Positions 58,969 to 64,000 of a stretch of 64,000 bases of DNA are shown here, piece after piece; the first letter of the stretch is position 1, and each line of letters starts with the position of its first letter. Location: positions 448,001-512,000 of the forward strand of contig CAVXWP010000002.1 in the NCBI GenBank assembly GCA_963765495.1, read 5' to 3'. Below the pieces are notes generated by a model, which was not told where the DNA came from, ran no database searches, and worked only from the letters and a program-made list of their open reading frames with translations. Both the position numbers and the translations under genes were made by a program. This DNA is from Blastocatellia bacterium. Lineage in GTDB: Bacteria; Acidobacteriota; Blastocatellia; UBA7656.

Positions 58969-61146
58969 ATGTATTGCAGAGCATGCGGCGCATCGGTCAG
59001 CGATGCGGCAAATCACTGCCCGATATGTGGGGCTTCGACTCACACCGAAAGGCTTGATGACAAGACCGCTCAAGTTGACTCGGGGCGGGCAGACAATCAG
59101 CGGGACCCCTTGATAGGGCGCATCCTGGCCGGACGTTTCCGCATACTGGAAAAAATCGGTCAGGGCGGCATGGGAATCGTCTACAAGGGAGAGCACATAA
59201 GCATCAAGCGCCTGACGGCGATCAAGATACTGGCCTTGGACCTTGCGACCAATCAGGAATTTGTAGCTCGCTTCCGGCGAGAAGCCGAGATGGCAAGCAA
59301 TATTAATCATCCTAATGCCGTAGGCATTTACGATTTCGGCGAAGCCGAAGACGGGCTGGTCTATCTGGCGATGGAGTATCTGGATGGAGAGCCATTATCT
59401 GAAATACTGCGGCAGGAAGGTCCGCTCCCAATCGCGCGCGTCGTAAGCATCATCTATCAGGCGGCAGAGGCTCTGGATGCGGCGCATCAGATGGGCATCA
59501 TCCATCGCGATTTCAAGCCGGACAATGTGATGATCTGCCAGAGAGGAAGCCGCCCAGACTGGGTCAAAGTAGTCGATTTCGGTCTGGCCAAACGGACTCG
59601 TATGGAATCGCCGCAAGAAGCATTGACCCGCACGGGATTCATGCTCGGCACGCCGGATTATATGTCTCCCGAACAGGTGCTCGGCGAAGAGTTGACTCCG
59701 CGCTCGGACCTTTACAGCCTTGCCCTTGTGGCCTACGAAATGCTCACCTGCAAACTTCCTTTTTCAGGGTCAACGCCGCAAAACCAGATGTTCAAACGTT
59801 TGATCGAACCACCGGCGTCATTACTCGCCACAAGGCCGGACCTGCCTCTGCCTGCCGCGCTTGAAAGCGTCTTGATGAAAGCCCTTGCGCGCGATCCAAA
59901 TGATCGTCATTTGTCGGCTCTCGAATTCGCATCGGAACTCGATCAGGCAGCATTGGCGGGCGCGGGCGCAAGAGGGAGTTCTTCTGTAACGGTCGCGCAG
60001 GCTAAACCGGCCGCCACAACAAACCTCACCTGCAATCGATGCGGCGCAACTGCTTCGGGTGAACAGCGATTTTGCGATGTCTGCGGAACGCCGCTTTCAG
60101 CCACGGCCGTTACTATGCCGCCTCCTGTGACAAGCCCGGGTATAGCTCCGGCCTACGATCAGGTGGCATCCGGGTTTTCGGCTCCGGCTGTTGCATCTCC
60201 GCCCGCAACAATCGGCCTCGAACCTGATCGTAAGAAGAGAGGCAGGAATACGGCTGTCTGGATCATGACTCTCGTGGCATTGATCGCAATAGGCGTAGCC
60301 GTTTATTTCGCCACCAGAGGAACATTATTCCCACCAAAGGTATCGCCATCCGACAGGGTGGTAGCATCGCTCCGCAGGGCAGTCGATTATGGAAGACTGA
60401 TGTTGTTCTCACCCGACGACGCCTATTCGTTCTATTATCAGCTAAAAGACCTTGACCCGAATAATCAAGCACTCAAAGAGATCGCCCCTTCCGTCCTCCC
60501 ACAACTGCGCAGCATGGGTGATGCGATCTTCGATCAAAAGACAGCCATAGGTGCGGATGATTTGACAAACCAGGACTGGGCAAAGGCGCTTCGAATTTAT
60601 AAATGGGCGCATGACCTTGATCCTGCCGATAGAACCATAGAGGCGCGGTGGAGATTTAGCGAGGGTGAGGTGGCAAAATCAGAGAACAGAAGAGACGATG
60701 CCGACCGCAGTTTCTATGCCGCCTCTCAAATAGACCCTGCCTGGGCACTGCCGCAAAACAGCATGGGATTGCTGCGCGCTGAAAACAAGAAATATTCTGA
60801 TGCTCTGCAGTTTTATATGCGCGCAATCAAACTCCAGTCCGATTGGGAAATTCCCTACAACAACGTTGGGACGACATATTTTCTCCTGAAGGATTACGAT
60901 AAAGCCGAAGCCTGGTACCGCAAGGCCCTTGAGATCAATCCCAACTGGTCGCGACCTTATATGTGGCTGGGAACACTCTACGAGCAAAAGGATATGCCCG
61001 AGAAGGCTATTGAAGAATATCAGACGGCGCTTAACCTTGATCCAAACGGAAAGTCAATAAACGTTACCCAGATTCAAAAGAGGATCGAAGAGCTTCAGCA
61101 GAAGGTCGAGCAGTCTCAACAAAAGACCGAGCAACAGCAGCAATAG
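58969..61146 (+). CDS. Hanks-type Ser/Thr kinase with zinc ribbons, a TM helix and C-terminal TPRs
   Basis: GQGGMG, AIK, HRDFKPDN, DFG, GTPDYMSPE; four CxxC; TPRs (KALEINPN). Confidence 0.95.
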   Translation: MYCRACGASVSDAANHCPICGASTHTERLDDKTAQVDSGRADNQRDPLIGRILAGRFRILEKIGQGGMGIVYKGEHISIKRLTAIKILALDLATNQEFVARFRREAEMASNINHPNAVGIYDFGEAEDGLVYLAMEYLDGEPLSEILRQEGPLPIARVVSIIYQAAEALDAAHQMGIIHRDFKPDNVMICQRGSRPDWVKVVDFGLAKRTRMESPQEALTRTGFMLGTPDYMSPEQVLGEELTPRSDLYSLALVAYEMLTCKLPFSGSTPQNQMFKRLIEPPASLLATRPDLPLPAALESVLMKALARDPNDRHLSALEFASELDQAALAGAGARGSSSVTVAQAKPAATTNLTCNRCGATASGEQRFCDVCGTPLSATAVTMPPPVTSPGIAPAYDQVASGFSAPAVASPPATIGLEPDRKKRGRNTAVWIMTLVALIAIGVAVYFATRGTLFPPKVSPSDRVVASLRRAVDYGRLMLFSPDDAYSFYYQLKDLDPNNQALKEIAPSVLPQLRSMGDAIFDQKTAIGADDLTNQDWAKALRIYKWAHDLDPADRTIEARWRFSEGEVAKSENRRDDADRSFYAASQIDPAWALPQNSMGLLRAENKKYSDALQFYMRAIKLQSDWEIPYNNVGTTYFLLKDYDKAEAWYRKALEINPNWSRPYMWLGTLYEQKDMPEKAIEEYQTALNLDPNGKSINVTQIQKRIEELQQKVEQSQQKTEQQQQ

Positions 61147-61193
61147 ACGGCGCTCAGGACTGCCGCTAATTCCGTAGCAGGTTATAACGCAGG

Positions 61194-61979
61194 TTATAAC
61201 GAATGCCCGACACCCAGAGACTCAAGGAGTAAATCCATGACGTAGAGGAGAGCCACTCCGGCAAAGACCATAAGCGAGGCCCTCAACCCTCCCTCGCGGG
61301 TGTTGACTTCCGGAATAAGATCGGAGGCCGCGACATAGAGCGTGACCCCCGCCGAAAGCGGCAGCGCGTAGGAAGAAAGCGAGCGGGAGTAAACATCAAT
61401 GCCTTGAAATGCCACGACCAGCGTCACGCCTGTCAAGGTCGCCAATCCAATCAAGAATGCAGATATTAATGCGCTGCGGCGACTGCGGCCCGCTGCAAGC
61501 ATCATAGAGGCTACGGTAAATCCTTCCGGCAGTTTGTGAAGCAGTATGGCCACGAAAATGATCAGACCCAGTTCGAAGCTCACCACCGAGGCCACGGCTA
61601 TCGAGACGCCGTCAAAAAAACTGTGAATCATCAATGCGCCTACTCCCGCCACGGCAGCGTGATGCGCCAGCATTGCATCTTCGTGAGTCTCTTCTCCAAA
61701 ATGGAAATGTGGCGCAACCGTGTGCTCCGCCAGTTGGATGAGCAGATAGCCTGCAAGCAACCACAACATTGGGACAAGCACCTCACCTGACCATAGCGAT
61801 ACCGTCTCAGGTATGATCTTTAGAAAGACCGCCGCCAGCATGAAGCCCGCCCCCAGGGCTATCAGATACCTGAGCGCTTCGTGCCCCAAACGACGCGTCG
61901 AGACCAAAAGTCCACCAAGAATGTTAGCTACCGCCGCCATCAAACCATAAAGGAATATATAAAAAGTCCCCTTTGTCAT
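61194..61979 (-). CDS. ZIP family metal transporter
   Basis: GAGFML, HFHFGEETH, HSFFDG, HKLPEG, DLIPE. Confidence 0.94.
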   Translation of the reverse strand: MTKGTFYIFLYGLMAAVANILGGLLVSTRRLGHEALRYLIALGAGFMLAAVFLKIIPETVSLWSGEVLVPMLWLLAGYLLIQLAEHTVAPHFHFGEETHEDAMLAHHAAVAGVGALMIHSFFDGVSIAVASVVSFELGLIIFVAILLHKLPEGFTVASMMLAAGRSRRSALISAFLIGLATLTGVTLVVAFQGIDVYSRSLSSYALPLSAGVTLYVAASDLIPEVNTREGGLRASLMVFAGVALLYVMDLLLESLGVGHSL

Positions 61980-62153
61980 CCGTCACGCCTCTTTTCGCCT
62001 GCCAAAGCCTCGCACTATACCATAATTATCCCCTCCCGGAATATGCGAAATTTCATGCACTCGCTACCCCTTTCATAAACCTGCCTTCGTTTAGAAGTCA
62101 TCAGTTAAAGCTCTTACACCTGTCGCAGCCCTCCCATTTATAAAATTTCACTA

Positions 62154-62220
62154 TTGACAGCCATTCTCTTCTGACATACCATCCTCAAGCAGTGGACCAA
62201 AGTGGACCGAAGTGGAACTG
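62154..62220 (+). promoter_or_regulatory. dcw promoter with MraZ-binding direct repeats
   Basis: TTGACA-17nt-TACCAT followed by three AGTGGA repeats at 10-bp period (62191, 62201, 62211). Confidence 0.85.
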
Positions 62221-62299
62221 AGGTCAAAAACATTTGAAAACAGCAGTAAGAGTGAGATGGTTAAGATTGCACTTTAAGTTTTAGGCATAACGCGCTAAG

Positions 62300-62743
62300 A
62301 TGCTAAGAGGAAGTTACACGGTCAGGATGGACGAAAAAGGCCGCATCAAGCTCCCTGCTGCCTACCGTCGCTATGTTGACGAGCATTACGGTTCAGAATT
62401 CTATGTAACAAGTGTGACAGGCGAATGCGCGCGCCTGTACCCGATGCCGGAGTGGCTGTTGATTGAAGAGAAACTTCAAGCCAAAGGCACTAATGATATG
62501 ACTGTGAGGAAGTTCCTGGATCGCACAAATTTTTTCGGCCAGTTGGCAGAGATGGACTCTCAGGGCCGCATACTTATCCATCCGCTTTTGCGCACTGACG
62601 CGAACCTGGTCGGAGAGGTTTCGGTGCTCGGATACCTACAGTATTTGGAAGTATGGAGCCTGGATAGGTTCAAGGCAACCCGTCTGGATAGTCAGCCCTA
62701 CACCGCCGAGGATGAGGCGAATCTGGCTCAGATGGGTATATGA
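62300..62743 (+). CDS. mraZ: Division/cell wall cluster transcriptional repressor MraZ
   Basis: Two DxxGR motifs (DEKGRI, DSQGRI), YLEVW. Confidence 0.95.
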   Translation: MLRGSYTVRMDEKGRIKLPAAYRRYVDEHYGSEFYVTSVTGECARLYPMPEWLLIEEKLQAKGTNDMTVRKFLDRTNFFGQLAEMDSQGRILIHPLLRTDANLVGEVSVLGYLQYLEVWSLDRFKATRLDSQPYTAEDEANLAQMGI

Positions 62744-62765
62744 ATCGAATTTCGATGGAACGAAA

Positions 62766-63758
62766 ATGCTCACACACGACGATGAGGAAAGCCGGGCGCA
62801 CGAGCCTGTTTTGCTGGATGAAGTCATCAGGTGGCTTGAGCCTGAAAGAGGTGGCATCTTCGTAGACTGCACGCTTGGGCCGGGCGGACACTCCGAAGCT
62901 ATGCTTCGAGCATCACCCGAGACTAAGGTGATCGGTATAGACCGCGACATTGAAGCCCTGGAATTAGCGCAAAAGCGGTTGGCGATTTTTGAAAACAGAT
63001 TCCAGACGGTCCACGCCGGTTTCGACGAATTAGGCAATGTCCTGACCAGCCTTAACGTGAAAGGCATTCAGGGAGGGCTGGCCGATTTGGGCGTTTCATC
63101 GTTGCAACTTGATCATAGCGAGCGCGGGTTCAGTTTCACTCAGGATGCTCCGCTAGACATGCGAATGGATCAGGGTGGTGGAGAAACTGCCGCCGAAATA
63201 GTCAATCGGCTCCCAGAGGCTGAACTGGCAGATTTGATCTTTGGATACGGAGAAGAGCGAGGCTCACGCAAAATCGCCCGCGCGATCATACGAGAGCGGG
63301 AACGCCAGCCTATAGCTACCACGGGCAGGCTTGCGGAGATCATCGTGCGAGCGCTCAAGGTCCCCGGCAGATGGCGCATACATCCCGCGACTCGCACTTT
63401 TCAGGCTCTGCGGATCGCGGTCAACGATGAATTGAATGCGTTGGAGCGATTTATTCCCGACGCCATATCGGCGCTGGAGAGCGGCGGGCGGCTCGCCATC
63501 ATATCTTTTCATTCGCTGGAGGACCGCATCGTCAAACGGAGATTCTTATTAGAATCGGGCCGGTGTAACTGCCCGGTGGGAATGAGAAGGAGCAGTCTTC
63601 CGATTGATTCGGGCGAGGTTGAATGTATATGCGCTCACTGTGGCGCGCAGAGGCGAGTAAGTATTCTGACGCGTAAGCCTGTGAGGCCCAGCCAGGCAGA
63701 AGTGGAGCGTAATCCGCGCGCTCGCAGCGCCCTTCTTCGAGTGTGCGAGAAAATTTAG
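62766..63758 (+). CDS. rsmH: 16S rRNA m4C1402 methyltransferase
   Basis: HEPVL, DCTLGPGGHS, DLGVSS, PLDMRM, FQALRI, FHSLED, NPRARSA. Confidence 0.98.
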   Translation: MLTHDDEESRAHEPVLLDEVIRWLEPERGGIFVDCTLGPGGHSEAMLRASPETKVIGIDRDIEALELAQKRLAIFENRFQTVHAGFDELGNVLTSLNVKGIQGGLADLGVSSLQLDHSERGFSFTQDAPLDMRMDQGGGETAAEIVNRLPEAELADLIFGYGEERGSRKIARAIIRERERQPIATTGRLAEIIVRALKVPGRWRIHPATRTFQALRIAVNDELNALERFIPDAISALESGGRLAIISFHSLEDRIVKRRFLLESGRCNCPVGMRRSSLPIDSGEVECICAHCGAQRRVSILTRKPVRPSQAEVERNPRARSALLRVCEKI

Positions 63759-63881
63759 TGACCGATTACAACAGGCCGGTTCCCCCCTAAATGAACAAAC
63801 CGGTCTGGCAGGCGGCTTTTCAGGATGTGGATCTAGTCATCCCAAAAAGCCTTAATCCAATCCCGTATTGAGGCATAAATT

Positions 63882-64000
63882 ATGACCAGTCGCTTTTATC
63901 CCGATAAATCAATTCAAAACGCAACCGTGGCTCGACCCGTCAGGGCGCGTGTTTTTGTCTGGCTGATCGTGATCGCCGTGGCCGGCACTATTGTATCGAG
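63882..64000 (+). CDS. ftsL: Probable cell division protein FtsL, 5' fragment
   Basis: MTSRFYPDKSIQNATVARPVRARVFVWLIVIAV...: short cytoplasmic N-terminus then TM, directly after rsmH. Confidence 0.6.
   Translation, partial: MTSRFYPDKSIQNATVARPVRARVFVWLIVIAVAGTIVS

Noticed and set aside
62191-62220. AGTGGA direct repeats as a novel element
   Set aside because: Explained as standard MraZ operator repeats.

Overview
A ~55% GC bacterial chromosome segment whose gene set and RpoB zinc-ribbon insert suggest Acidobacteriota (probably Blastocatellia-like; inference). It runs from the tRNA-tuf-rpmG-secE-nusG-rplKAJL-rpoB cluster (minus strand) to the start of the dcw operon (mraZ-rsmH-ftsL). Between them lie dppBC permeases, an OPT transporter, nadB, a TonB-dependent receptor, an orphan PilB/GspE ATPase, mltD, lon, nrdR, a probable 6S RNA, an ECF sigma/anti-sigma module, a membrane-arm-only nuo operon (A,H,J,K,L,M,N), an fhaA-pbpA-rodA cluster and a Ser/Thr kinase. 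Best candidates for something new: (1) a three-gene putative nucleotide-signalling defence locus (deoxyribosyltransferase-like+TPR protein, SLOG-like protein, patatin) at 22.9-26.0 kb; (2) two unannotated intergenic transcription units, one at 11.3-11.6 kb with a 16S-complementary 'super Shine-Dalgarno' and a 12-codon ORF, and one sigma54-driven ~90-nt sRNA at 52.8 kb; (3) over 15 intergenic inverted arrays of 7-mer or 9-mer units that mostly abut or supply stop codons. No CRISPR array, rRNA or transposase was seen. All calls come from reading motifs by eye; no database searches were run.
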